Assembly (NCBI GenBank): GCA_973895155.1
Contig: OZ316891.1
Location: 14,787,037 to 14,851,036, forward strand
Source of the DNA: Marsupella aquatica
Lineage: Eukaryota > Plantae > Marchantiophyta
Length of the DNA: 64,000 bases
Direction of reading: 5' to 3'
The notes under the pieces were generated by a model. That model was not told the origin of the DNA. It saw nothing but the letters and a program-made list of their open reading frames with translations, and searched no databases. Shown here one piece after another: positions 24,950 through 37,648 of the stretch; position 1 is the stretch's first letter; every line of letters starts with the position of its first letter. The translations under genes and the position numbers were made by a program.

Positions 24950-27900
24950 ATTCTGTTCATCTTTCTTTGTTTTAGTAATCGAGCATAGATATTGAAATAG
25001 ACCTAACAGTCTCGAGTTCTGCTCTCCTTGCGAACTCGTTGACTTCAATTGTGATGCCCACCGGTTGCAAATAGGTTGTGGAAACAACCATTCGTTCAAA
25101 GGAAACTATTGATGTTCACCAGTGTCTCTATGGGAGCAAGGGATGGACAACAGAGAGGGATTGACCTTGCCAGTGTTAACAATCACACATTTTACTAGTT
25201 GAGGGTGAGCTTGGATGTCATTGTTACGCAGGTACTCCATACTGGTTGGGATCAAAACGAATTCCCATCTACATCTTGGACCTTTTCCCGTTCATCCAAG
25301 ATGTTAGGTTAAAAGGGGAAAAGATGCAACAGACAGATCAGGAAATCAAATACGATCAGGAGAATGTCCTTCATCTCTAAATGTTCCATAATACTCAAGA
25401 GTCCATATACACTACTTCTTGCCCTATCTATCTTGACCTTCCGGATATCACCTACATTCATAAGATTTGCTAAATCACAACGAGTCTAGATTTTGACCTT
25501 CGTGGAAAATGCATCAGGGATCGGTTTGAAACAATATTGAAGGTCTGAAAATCTTCCAAATCTGTTACTATACCACTTGAGCTAATATATGGCCACTGTC
25601 GATGGTAACTTTTTATCAAATGGTAGAGGGCCAAGAATTCTAAGGGCCTTCTCAGGGCGCGTTTTACATAATTACGCACAAGCATACAAAGAATAACAAG
25701 GTCGTGTACCAAATCTGAAAATTCAGTATTTGGACTTCCAGATGCAAACTCACTAAACAACTGACAGACTCGAGCAGAGCTTGCACAAGGAATGCCTGTT
25801 CACAAAGACACCCATCAATGCCACAGTTCGTGTAGCTGGACATCTGTCTGCATCACCAAGTGTTCAGTCTAACCTAACTGCACATGCCTCAGCCTGGTAT
25901 CCAGACGACAGAAGTTGCAACTGCTGTCACCAAAGAGCTCCCACAATTTGCCCCAGAAAAGGGAATCCATGAGGTGCAACAAAAAATGCTCTGCCTGTTA
26001 AGGGTAAAGGCTTATTTTGCCCGCGCGCAAAAAATATTGGCTTCCACGACATTCGTCAGGGAAAGACTGGAAAGAACCAAACTTAGCACTCTCCTTAACA
26101 CGAAGACAATTAAGGTCAGATGAAGTCAACAACGCTATGATTGAATTACGAATCTATTCCAGTAGGAACCATCGAAATTGTCAGCGCCTTCTTGATCAAA
26201 ACCGCAATAATAGCTATTGTCAAACCAATTGCCAGTAACGTCAAACCCAAATCCTCTGTTAGTCGTAGTCTTGAAATGAATCCTGTACTCTGAACCGCTG
26301 CTGGCCGGGGCCTCGCTTCTCGTGTAGGTGCTTGGGCTACAGCGGCAGCTCCCGTCGCAACTAAAGAGTCTCTCTCAACGGGATCGACTCCAACCTCGGT
26401 AGCATTGTTCTCCAGTATCTCTGAATCGCTTACCCTATCTGTAGCAGACTCCTCCTGGCAGGACTCAGGCTCTTCAATTGGGGCAGCAGCCGGCGGGGAT
26501 GGGGCTGATTCTGACGACAAACCTGGAACAGCTGGCGCAGTCTTAAGCATAGACTCGTGAATCTCATCGATCAGCTGTTGACGTTCGGAATTTCCAAACT
26601 TCGGGGCTGCAGAACGAGACTTTATAGCTAGAGCACGCCTTTCTTCCTTGGTGTAGTCTAGAGACCCCACTGCACCATCAGGCTTGGTGGGCATGAACGC
26701 TATAAGAGCAACTAAAGCAGTGCGTACGCTCCAGGATGGCTGCCAGTGTTCAGGGTGATGTTGAGAAATGCTCAGACAAATCTTCGTCTGCGTCTCAAAA
26801 CGCCCGTTGGGTGTGAGCAGCATAAATGCAGGGGGCCTGAACGGATACTCTGGAGGCAACTGAATGCGCCCGTGGTAGATTCCGCCCTCGAATTCTGTAT
26901 CTTCAGGACCTCGAATTGCAAACTGCCATTCAAAGATATTATCTTGTACTGGTAGGCTCATGAAATCATCACTGGAATTATTTTGCATCTCCCGGACCTC
27001 CTGCATAATCCGCTTCACTGCAGGATTCCTCATATTGTACCTTTCATCCGCCATTTCGAAATTTCTAAAGGTTCGATACAATTGCTCTTCAAATGTTGCC
27101 GCCCGCCCACACCGGATCTTGACCTCGATGTCCTTAGAAAAAGAACACTGTCAAGTTAGGAAACCAAACCCAAATGCGTCCAACGTTCACTCCAGAGCTC
27201 GGAATTCAACTGTCTGAAACACAATCCCTCAAACTAACATGAACCTTTCACACACTGCTGCCGAGCACCAACGGAGCTCATCTCCAGCCCACTTCGAGTC
27301 TTTGCGGTAGGGATTGTCCTGCCTGCCTTCTTTGTGTCGAGCTCGCCCAATTGCAGTTGGACCGGAAGATGGAGAACACTCAATCGTGTTGCCAGCGTAC
27401 CAACTAGCACTACTCCAGCCACAAATGCCGATTTTCACCAACCCCTCGTTGCCGGCTAATGTGGATGCAAACTTGACCTCTTGAAACGAACGAGAGAGCA
27501 CGTAACCAGACCTTGATCTATCCGTCAAAGACCTTAGCCTCACACATTCCGCCACTGCTCACTTTCTTCTAATGAAGTCCTCTTGGTTCCAACTGCTCCG
27601 CTGTACCTTCCGTCACGAGATCTCCGCCTCTTGCTCCCGCGCGACGAGCGATCCGATCGGGCACGACTTCACTCGGTAGGGTTCACATCAAACCTCCGTT
27701 CGTTCACCGTAGAATCTCTCTCCAGCGGAAGCGTGATAGTAGCCTCTGAATTGCACCCTTCTACTTCTTCACCGTCCTCGTCCCTGTCCCTACCTCTGTC
27801 GATCCGCGAAAAGAAAACTCGACGCACGCACGCACATCCCTTTTTCCAATCGGCCCCGAAAAACGATAATTCTCCTTCGCTGGGCAGGCAGAACAGTCAC

Positions 27901-28170
27901 CTCACCGCTCTCTCATCATTCCGTCCTTCGCCGCAAGTCTACAGACGAGTCTTACCATGACAGGCCATTCGTTTCGATGGACGTCGTCGTCGACAAACGG
28001 GAGGCACTGAACTCAAATCCACTTCCGCTGTGACATTGGTTTGTTCCTCTTTGCTCTCTCGACGGGACAAAGACCTTGAGAGGCTGTTATGCACAGCAAG
28101 CAAACGAGACAGACGGAGGCCATCTACAGTGGTTTTGTTTCCTTCCTTTCTGTCTAGCTTGCTGGAAAAC
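24950..28170 (-). repeat. Left arm of an inverted segmental duplication (partner ~49080-52685)
   Basis: Reverse-complement similarity through 5' flank, CDS and 3' flank, e.g. tttctttgttttagtaatcgagcatagatattgaaatagacc (~24962) versus ~52632-52671, and tttctgtctagct (~28147) versus agctagacagaaa (~49089). Confidence 0.93.
26146..27054 (-). CDS. UBC32: Tail-anchored ERAD ubiquitin-conjugating enzyme E2 (UBC32/UBE2J1-like), copy A, intronless, 302 aa
   Basis: YNMRNPAVKRIMQE, FEWQFAIRGP..TEFEGGIYHGRI, PNGRFE..TKICLSISQHHPEHWQPSWSVRTAL (catalytic Cys), and C-terminal TM segment LGLTLLAIGLTIAIIAVLIKK. Confidence 0.92.
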   Translation of the reverse strand: MADERYNMRNPAVKRIMQEVREMQNNSSDDFMSLPVQDNIFEWQFAIRGPEDTEFEGGIYHGRIQLPPEYPFRPPAFMLLTPNGRFETQTKICLSISQHHPEHWQPSWSVRTALVALIAFMPTKPDGAVGSLDYTKEERRALAIKSRSAAPKFGNSERQQLIDEIHESMLKTAPAVPGLSSESAPSPPAAAPIEEPESCQEESATDRVSDSEILENNATEVGVDPVERDSLVATGAAAVAQAPTREARPRPAAVQSTGFISRLRLTEDLGLTLLAIGLTIAIIAVLIKKALTISMVPTGIDS

Positions 28171-28286
28171 CAATCCACGTGGACGGAGACGTTCTCCAAC
28201 CCATCCATGGAGTGCAGAAACTCATCGCCCACTTTAACGGGGGTGATTGTATATGGTAATGACTCTTTGGTCTGGGGTTACTACTA

Positions 28287-28790
28287 GAGCATCTCCACCG
28301 GGCCAGTAAATAGTCAGGTAACCTCCATTTAGGCATATGGCAATTTCAGTATGCGGGCTGGATGTCCCACCAGCACCCTGCAACCCCTAAACTGATGGCA
28401 GCACCCCGAAAAGTTCCAGACCCTGACTGCCAGATTCATAGGCTGGATGTCCCACCAGCACCCTTCAACCCCTAAACTGATGGCAGCACCCCTAAAAGTT
28501 CCAGACCCTGACCGCCAGATTTATACGCATTCGTGGTCAGAGAATGTGCCCCCATTTTGACCTCCAGAAGGATCGACCGATTGAATGTGTACATTGGGCG
28601 CAATCTGGCTCAAGCTTGAGTTTCCGCTTGGAGAGTTTCCCGCACTAGACAAACATTTTCGTGCAAATTTTGCTGGGTGCCGGTAGGGAACAGCAAGGAG
28701 GGTCTCGGGCCAGTATCCTTCAGACCTGAATAAACGCGAGGCAAATTTTTGCAATAGGGGCCACGAGTGCTGGAACGGGTGGAGATGCTC
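28287..28790. mobile_element. Tourist-like (PIF/Harbinger) MITE, 504 bp
   Basis: Perfect 13-bp TIR gagcatctccacc...ggtggagatgctc, similar to the TIR of the Harbinger at 44457. Flanks cta and taa (imperfect TSD). Internal ~84-bp tandem duplication at ~28356-28521. Confidence 0.85.
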
Positions 28791-29389
28791 TAAGTATGTG
28801 ACCAGAAAGTGAGGAGCTGCTAAAATGCTGACCGGCGGCAGCTAGGGAAGTTTTCTTGAGCTTTGTGGGAACAGGTTTTAGACTAGAACCCCAGCACAAA
28901 CAATCATCATCATAAATAATACCTGCCTGGAAAAAAGATTACCCGGTAAGACTTTCCGGGCATAGGGTTATGGAAATCGTAACACCTAGTAGAAAAGGTT
29001 ACACATGGGTAACCTTTCTTCCTGAGAGGAATTATGAACTCGCACTCACTTGAACTAACTAGGGCCCTAGTCTCTAACTGGCCAAAACCTGGTGCATAAA
29101 ACACACGTTTTGGCTAACTTGTTAGTCATATGGAGGTTTAGAAATGCACTAAAATACAAGAGTAAGCAAAAAATAAAAAGACATTAAAAACCACTAGTGA
29201 CTTGCTAACAAGAATCTCCTTTCTATCAAAAATTCATGTTTGCTTGAATCATACAATAAGTCCAGTTGACAACCAAAGAAAAGTGTAGGGTAGCCCATTG
29301 CCGGGAGGGGATAATGGGATGTTATACTTGAGGGGTTCAACCCATAATCCCCGATTGGACATGGGTTATTGAGTGTAAAAGCCGAAGTG

Positions 29390-29750
29390 CAATTTTAAAT
29401 CATTCATTTCATTTTTACATTGCAAAGTCTCATCTGCCACTATCTGCCATTAGCATGTTGTCATATTTCTCATCCAAATTTGAGAATCCCTAGGCCAGGT
29501 TGGCACAGGCATTCTGTAGCCTCATCCGGGGATAATGTCTCATAACCAGGTACATACATACAAAGCAGAAAACTGCAATTTTAAATCATTCATTTCATTT
29601 TTACATTGCAAAGTCTCATCTGCCACTAGCATGTTGTCATATTTCTCATCCAAATTTGAGAATCCCTAGGCCAGGTTGGCACAGGCATTTTGTAGCCTCA
29701 TCCGGGGGTAATGTCTCATAACCAGGTATATACATACAAAGCAGAAAACT
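29390..29750. repeat. ~185-bp tandem duplication
   Basis: gcaattttaaatcattcatttc...catacaaagcagaaaact occurs twice. Confidence 0.92.
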
Positions 29751-31849
29751 TCACAACCGACTTATGGTGCCCATTGCCATCACCAAGTAGTTTACAGCCA
29801 GGAGGAACGTGGCCATCTCCATGGACTGCTTAAATTCATCACCCAATTTACAGCCAAAAGAAAGATTACCCCTCCCCATGACTGTAAACTCATCAACCAG
29901 TTTAAACCCGAAAAGAAAATTAAAGCCACAATGAACAAAGATGTTGTTGTGGCATTTATAAATGGGCTACGTACAGTCATAAGCCACTTTACACTCTACA
30001 TAAAAAGTTTACCGGTTGCTTTTGGAAGGAATTTCATTTTTGTGAAGGATACCCCAAGTTAGTTTTTTCAGGCCTTGCAACCAGAGTAAACTTACGGATT
30101 TTGTTAGACATGTCCATCTATTTGGACAACGGTTGCATATTAGCTTGAAGCTAAAATGTTTCAAGCATGTTTTCTGATGTCCAATGTATTATCTCACAAA
30201 GTTTGATATTTTCACAGATCACTGGTTTCAATTCAGATGAGCTTGACATTGGTCAATTATTATAAATAGTGTGTGAAACGGACATATTGATTCACTTTAA
30301 TTTGTGACGGATGCCTGAGTAGTTTGGGCATGAACAACAAATTATCACTACTGGGAAGTATGCTCCACTTTTGTGAAGAACAGTTTGAATAGTTTGGGCA
30401 TAAGCACCAACTTATCACCAGATAAATTAGTTTGGGGCCCCAAATTTAGCGGTTCTTAAAGTCAATTACAGAGACAACTCCTTGCAAATATATTAAGTGT
30501 GATATCAAAGTTGTGTTCTCTGTTGTGTGAGTGTTACATGACCATAAGTGTTACATTTAGTATGATGTGCAAGTGATTATGTGAACAGAGCATGTGGGAA
30601 TGTGGGCTCATGAAGCCCATTTGGATGGGCCTCAGGGGTCTCATATAATGCTCGATGTTTTTAGCTATTAAACGCCCTAAAAAATAGGAAATACAAATTG
30701 AACTATTTTGCTGCCCCTGTGTTTTAGAATATTCTAAAAAATATTCCAAAATTACTTCTAAAACCATATCTTTTATTATAATGCTCAAAATTGGATTTAA
30801 AAAACCCTAATGTTTCTTTTCAAAGAAAAACCCTAATGTTATCCTACAGAAATTTAAAAGTATTCTTCTCAGACAACCCAATAAATAAACCCTACTTACG
30901 TTTGCGCTATCATTGGTGGAAAGGAAATAAGTATGTGAGTACCTTGGGGGATGGGCTCATTGAGTAATCTAGAAGATGAAGCCATTTGGATCTCCATATG
31001 AGTGCTTGATTTGGGGTTCATCCTACTTCCCCCTAAGTTTGAATTTCTTTCCACCTTCATGAACATTACTTCATTTAGATCAACTTCAATCTTGAGTCTT
31101 TTTCATGTTGCAATTCATTCCTTTCTCCAACCTACTTGTCTCCAAATCACTCTCTAAGTATGAAGTAAGCCCAAGCATCCCACTACACAAGTGGCATTAC
31201 TAGTTTTTTTTTCTTTTCATCCCTTTCAACATATATTTTACGTTAGGCAACTTGGAAGTTTAAACTGGATGAACCCCCATTTCAAATAGCTCCCTTGGGT
31301 GTGGATGAAACCTTTAGTGTGCTTAGAATGCTTAGAATTTCTTTTGACAAAGCTTTCCAATGGGCCTAACATTGTCACTCATCATCAAGTGTCAAAGAGA
31401 CTACTGTTCTTTCAATTTCTGCGCCCTTCCTTGAAACTCTGGTTATGGCGTTAACAAAAACAACTTTCAAATTTCTCCCGTAATCTTTTCCATGAAATAT
31501 GTTGTGTTCATAATTCTTATAACCTTTTCCAATGAGCCAAATATTGCCAGATTTTTTCACGTATTGAAGAGCTCACAAATTTTTGAATTGGTCTACCCTT
31601 TCTTGAAAGTCTAGCTGTATATGTTGTTAGCAATAAACAAATATTTCATGTCTTGGTCTTATTTCAATAAGACCTTTCATACATAGAATTTTAGAAATCA
31701 AATTTTGGAAGACTTTCAATAACCCTAACATTGCTAGATTTCATTGAGTATTAATGACCCTTCCTTGATGCTAGACATTTACTTTCAGGTCTAGAGGTAC
31801 GACTGCAGCCATAGTTAAAGGGCTAACCAAAGTGGTTACTTGGTTAGGT

Positions 31850-32112
31850 TAGTCTGCACACTATATACCCAAGTACTCCACGAGAAGTAGTGTTTTCTTG
31901 AATTTGGGGAGCTTAGGCTCATTGTTACAAGCTAGTTAAGAGATAGGGAGAGCTTGTGTTGCGGAGACTCAATTTGACCAATGGGCCTAGACTGCAGTAA
32001 AGCTCTCATGTGTTCCCGTGAACGTGCCATCGTCTAAGGTGAACCAAATATTTTTCTATGTTGACTACTTGTTTGTTTGATGTTCATGGGCATGTTGCTG
32101 TGAATATAGTCT
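31850..32112 (+). repeat. Old dispersed repeat, uninterrupted copy
   Basis: Colinear with 34085-34188 joined to 44249-44392 (the copia target site) and with the reverse complement of 18870-19060. Confidence 0.7.
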
Positions 32113-32199
32113 TTGCCCAACACTTGAAAGCTTAGCAATGCCCTTAGCATAAATCTACTATGATTTTCTTACTCATCTCTCAATGAAACCTTTAGTTCT

Positions 32200-32940
32200 T
32201 AAATATTTAGAGACATTTTGGAGATAAATTTCCAATGAGCCTAACATTGGCAAACTTTGTCAAGTACTAAGGAGCTAGATCATGAATTTCTGAATTCCTC
32301 TAGCTTCCCAATGAGCCTAACATTGGTAAATTTTTGTCAATTACTAAAAATATCATGAGAAATTGATTCAATCTATGAAGTTTTTGAAAGAGCCCTACAT
32401 TGGTAGATTTTGTGAAGTACTACAAGACCACGAGTTTATCAATTTCTCAAGCTTTCCAATGAGAGTGACATGGAGAGATTTGTTCAAGTACAAAGAAGAT
32501 CATGAGTGTCTAAATTCTCTAGCTTTACAATGAGCATGACATAATGAGATTTAGTCAAGTACTAAGGAGATAATGAGTTTCTAAATATTTATAGTTTCTC
32601 AATGACTCTGAAACGGGCTCTGAAATTGGTGATTTAGTCATGTACTATGGAGATCATGAGTTTATTCATCTTTCTAGCTTTTTAATGAGCATGACAATAG
32701 TACTCATCAAGTACTAAGGAGATTATGAGTTTTTGAATTTCTCTAACTTTCCAATGATCCTAACATTTGCATATTCAGTTTGAAAGTAAGAAGGAGATCA
32801 TGAGTTTATCAATTTCTAATGCTTTCCAATGAGTGGTTCTTAGGTACTAGGTAGATCATGAGTTTATGAATTTCTCTAGCCTTCTAATGAACCTAACATT
32901 GGCAGATCTCATTAAGTACAGAGATCATGACAGACTAAGG
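32200..32940. repeat. Degenerate ~70-bp tandem array
   Basis: Recurrent tttccaatgagcctaacattgg...tcaagtactaaggagatcatgagttt..aatttctctagc, ~10 copies. Related units at ~31350, 31525 and 31710. Confidence 0.85.
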
Positions 32941-34188
32941 AGATTGGTAATTTTGTTTTACAGTATGAGACCCAAGGGGTTACAACTATTAAAAATTTTC
33001 ATCTTTTGGCTTTTTCATAAATTCACAAACATCAATTTACAAGCATTTTGATGGAAAACACTGATATATCACTGATGAGGCATCCAATCGTTTACTTTGT
33101 TTTACCTGATATATGTTCCTTTAGAATTCACTTTCTAGGTAATTACATTTTTATAGTCACTACTAGGTCTAAGTGTTTTACCTTGCCATGCATCAAACAC
33201 AGACAATTGTGTTTGTTTCTTATTGAAGACATCATTGTTCCTATTTGTGGTCAAACATGATGATGTGACTGCAAGTGATGCCAAGGATTGTGGAAAAAAC
33301 TTGCCATGGGGGTATGTAGCTAATTGAAACAGGTTGGAAATGTTTAAAACACAGTTACAAGTCACATTTTAGTCAAAACTATCAAAGATGCACAAAAGTA
33401 GTTTAAGATCTTTTGCACCAGTCCATCCATTCAAGTGTTATTTTGGGTTTCTCTGGTGATCTGCTACTTTTTGTATTTTCCTTCAGTTCTGTGGCGGTCA
33501 ATATTTGCCCTCTTCTTTTACCAGCTGTGGATCTCCTTTGTTTACCATTGATTGTTCTTTGTTTCACATGTTTACTATGTCTCGTTACTTAGAGCATCCC
33601 TTCCCTCCCCCCCCCCTGGCCCCCGCGGGGGGGGGGGGGGGCGCCTTTCACCACTCTCTTTTTGGGAGTGGCAAGTTCCTGACAGGCTAAGTCAGAAAAA
33701 ATGTGGAGCATAGGGTAGACTACTTGACTTGGTTCTTGCAGTCCACCAGGAGTTCTGCCATTCTCAATCCTACCATGGCCACCCAGGTGCCTAGAGATGT
33801 GATCTATGCCATCCACTTGGGTTGGCAAGACTCTGGAAGGAGCAACATAGCAGGAGCCCAAACTTGCCATAAGTGCCACACCATCTTGCCTGTGGGGATC
33901 CTAGGTTTTAACAGGGCAAGAAATAGTGCAACATGCAAGATGAGTTTACTTAGTCCATGGGATGTGCATTTTTTCTTTGGCTTTAAGTGAGTAGGTTTTG
34001 TTAGGATTTACTCTAGCTTAGGTCTACAGTTATGATTGTACCACAGTTAGGACTAACCTTAGTCGCAAACTAGGTTAGGTTAGTCATGTTGTGCACACAC
34101 TATACCCAAGCGGTGTTTGCTTGGAGAGTGGGAACTCAGGCTCATAGTTAGGGAGCCAAGTGAGAGCTTGTGTACGTTGTGGATGTTT

Positions 34189-34485
34189 TGTAGGACAACC
34201 GTCAGCTCCAGACTAGACAGCAATGCGGAACATGAGAGCACTCAATCTCACACTACACCAACAAGACACCACGATCATGGAGAAACTCCTGAAGGATCCA
34301 TAGCTCATGAGATTGAACATGTGAAGAATAAGGGAGAGAATGCTCTCCCTCCAACCTATACCCCCCAAGGGGCACTAAAATGCGTGGGCCTAAATAAGTG
34401 GATCTTATCCTAAACCAACCAAGGGTCAATTAACCCTAGTAAGGCCAAACTAACTATAGTCGGGAACTCGAGTCAATTCCTAACA
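34189..34485 (-). repeat. Copia 3' LTR
   Basis: Direct repeat of 43947-44243, adjacent to the PPT. Confidence 0.97.
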
Positions 34486-34552
34486 ATCTCCACCTTGACT
34501 CTAGTTCACACAATGAGTCAGGTGATATACAATATGTAACTAAGTAACATAT

Positions 34553-37500
34553 CTACATAGTCTTTGGTTTGGCCCTAACATTAATTATATCCACACAATG
34601 ACTAAAGTTACTGGTAGGTAAAACTTTGGTAAGCATGTCTGTTGCATTCTCCTCTGAAGCCACCTTCTCCAGAAACATCTGCTTTGTCTCAATCACCTCA
34701 TGGATGAAGTGATAACGAATATCAATGTGCTTTGTCCTAGCGTGGAACACAGGGTTCTTAGCCAGATGCAAAGCACTTTGACTGTCACATAGCAGCACCG
34801 GTCTTTCAAGTAAAAGACCCAAATCACTCACCAGTCTCCGTAGCCAGTTCAGCTCCTTGGTTGCCTCGCAGGCAGCCATGTACTCAGCCTCAGTAGTAGA
34901 CAACGCAACACAGGATTGAGTTGCCGACTTCCATCTGATACAACCTCCACCCAGCATAAACACATAGCCTGTAGTAGACTTCCTGTTATCCAAGTTACCA
35001 GCATAATCTAAATCTACAAAACCTCCCAACTCTAATGTAGAGTTTGCTTTACCGTCAAATAGAATCCCACAATCTAAGGTACCTTTCAGATATTGCAAAA
35101 CCCACTTCACTGCTTCCCAATGAAGTTTACCAGGGTTTGCCATAAATCTACTCAAAATGCTAACGGCGTGGGAAATGTAAGGTCTAGTGCATGTCATTGC
35201 ATACATCAAACTACCCACAACACTATCATAGGGAACCTGTTTCATCGCCAGTCTATCACTCTCACTAGAAGGGCAATCATTCTTTGAGAGTTTAAAGTGG
35301 GAAGGAGTACCAACTGGTTTTGCATTCTCCATCCCATACTTGGCAAGTACTTTCTCTAAATATTGCCTCTGAGACAACCATAATTGCCTCTGCTCCCTAT
35401 CACAATGAATCTCCATCCCTAGAATCTTGTTGGCCTGACCTAAGTCCTTCATTGAAAACTCCTTACTCAGCATTGCTTTCAGATGGGCAACATCAGACTT
35501 ATTCTCAGCCAGGATCAGCATGTCATCCACGTACAGTGCCAACACAATGTAACCAAAGCGTGAGTAATTCTCCACCTCCTTCATGTAAATACAACAATCA
35601 TGTTCACTCCGCGTGAACCCCTGTGATAACATGAAGGAATCAAAATGCTTATTCCATTGTCTAGGACTCTGCTTCAATCCGTATAACGAGTGCAAGAGCT
35701 GACACACCAAGTGTTTGGTCTTCTCGTCAATAAAACCTGGAGGCTGAGCCATATAAATCTCCACATGAAGCAATCCATGTAGGAAAGCAGTAATTACATC
35801 CATTTGATCTAACTCAAGATCATAGAATGCCACAATTGCAAGTAAAACACGGATAGTAGCGAGTTTGACAACTGGTGAGAAAATCTTCGTGTAGTCCAAG
35901 CCCTTCTTTTGGGTGTACCCTTTGGCCACAAGGCGTGCCTTGTAAGTGTCATCCTGCTTCTTCCTGTACAACCATCTACACGGAACCAGTGTTTTCCCGC
36001 GAGGCATGTTCATTAAGCGCCAAGTTGAATTCTTCTTCAAAGAGTTCATCTCCTTCAACATCGCCTCCATCCACTTATCCTTCTCTGGAGAGGCCATAGC
36101 TTCTTCATAGCTAGAGGGGTCTCCATCTTCAGTGAGCAATATAACACCGGGATCATCGTCGTGCTCAACAACATGAACACGAGGATCTGCAAAACCAAAT
36201 CTATCAGGGGGTTGGCCAAGATTGGCCCTTGTGGATCGCCTCAATTGAGGAACTGCACATCTACTAAGGGGACCAACAGCTTCCTCAACACCATCAAGCT
36301 CCACTGTAGTGGGTTCCTCCACCTGCTCCTCCTGATCATCCCGGGTTCTTGACAACCATTCTTCATCAAAAACAACATTTCTGCTCACAATTGCCTTGCA
36401 ATCAACAGGATCCCACAATTTGTAGCACTTCTGCCCCGGACTAAAGCCTGAAAAAATACATTTCTTAGACTTGGGATCCAACTTAGACCTGTGTGTCTGC
36501 TCAATGTGAAGATAGGCAACACACCCAAAAACTCGGAGTCTAGAGTAATCAGCAAGTCTCTTATACCACAACTCAAACGGAGTCTGCATCAACTTACTAT
36601 TGTGTAGTGACAGGTTGTAAATGTATGCAGCTTGGTTGACAACTTCAGCCCAAAAATTATTGGGCAACTTGGACCTACATAGCATGCTGCGTGCTTTCTC
36701 CAGTAATGTCCGATTCAACCGTTATGCCACTCCATATGGCTGCGGGGTCTCCGGTATAGTGTAATCATGACGCTTGAGGCCAAGGTCCCGACCAAATTGG
36801 TCAAACTCATTGGACTTATACTTGCCACCGTTATCTGACCGAACATACTTCAACTCCTTCCCAATTTGTAGCTCCACCATGGCTTTCCACTCCTTGAAGA
36901 TCTAAAATACTTGAGACTTCTCCTTCATGTAGTACAGCCAACACATTCGAGAATAATCATCTACAAACGTTACAAAATATCTGGCTCCACCCAATGACGG
37001 CTCCAACGCTGGACCCCAAACATCTGAATGTACATACTCAAGAATCTCATGAGAATGGTAGGAACTAGAACTGAAACTCACTCTCCTCTGATTGCCATAG
37101 ATGCAATCTTCACAGAAAGAAAGTTTTCCTAATTGTGCGCCTTGCAGCAAATTTCTATTTGCCAAGGCTGCCAATCCTTTACCACTCAAGTGCCCCAAAC
37201 GTGCATGCCATAAATCTATGGCCTGTGTGCGACCAGATGTTGATGGTGCTTCAATTGAAGCAACCGACGATGTCACTACATCCAGCTAGACATTCCACCA
37301 CAAAATCCACATGCTCCACTCTAGGAGCAATGACATCTCTTTGCAAGATGTACAAATTATTCCTGTCGGAGCGCCTTAATCAAAGATACCGCACCTTTGA
37401 CAATAAAGAGCGCACCATCACGTGCAGTGAAATGATATCCACCAGCGTCCAATGCACCAAGAGAAATCAAGTTCTTAGAGATGTCTGGTATATGCCTGAC

Positions 37501-37635
37501 TTTCGTCAATGCTCGCACAACACCATCAAACATCCGGAATTTGATAGTCCACATGCCAACAATCTCACGTTGGACCCCGTTGCCAATTTCCACGCTACCA
37601 GTACACGGTTGGTAAGTAGAGAAATAAGATCGCGT
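34553..37635 (-). pseudogene. Copia pol: protease C-terminal part, integrase, RT, RNase H
   Basis: YFSTYQPCTGSVEIGNG, LWHARLGH, CEDC, YVHSDVWGP, FVDDYSR, YKARLVAKG, QMDVITAFLHG, LYGLKQSPRQW, YVDDMLI, STTEAEY, RTKHIDIRYHF. INT-RT-RH order. Stops and frameshifts upstream of 36718. Confidence 0.95.
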
Positions 37636-37648
37636 TGTCGTAGTAGAG

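Noticed and set aside
7602-27054. NSP1-ASA-SPO11-3-UBC32 as a functional gene cluster
   Set aside because: Unrelated pathways and no shared regulatory signal seen; adjacency alone is not evidence.
27229-27555. 108-aa upstream ORF present in both duplication arms (also 49693-50019)
   Set aside because: GTG start, probably within a 5'-UTR intron, and its retention is explained by the high DNA identity of the arms.
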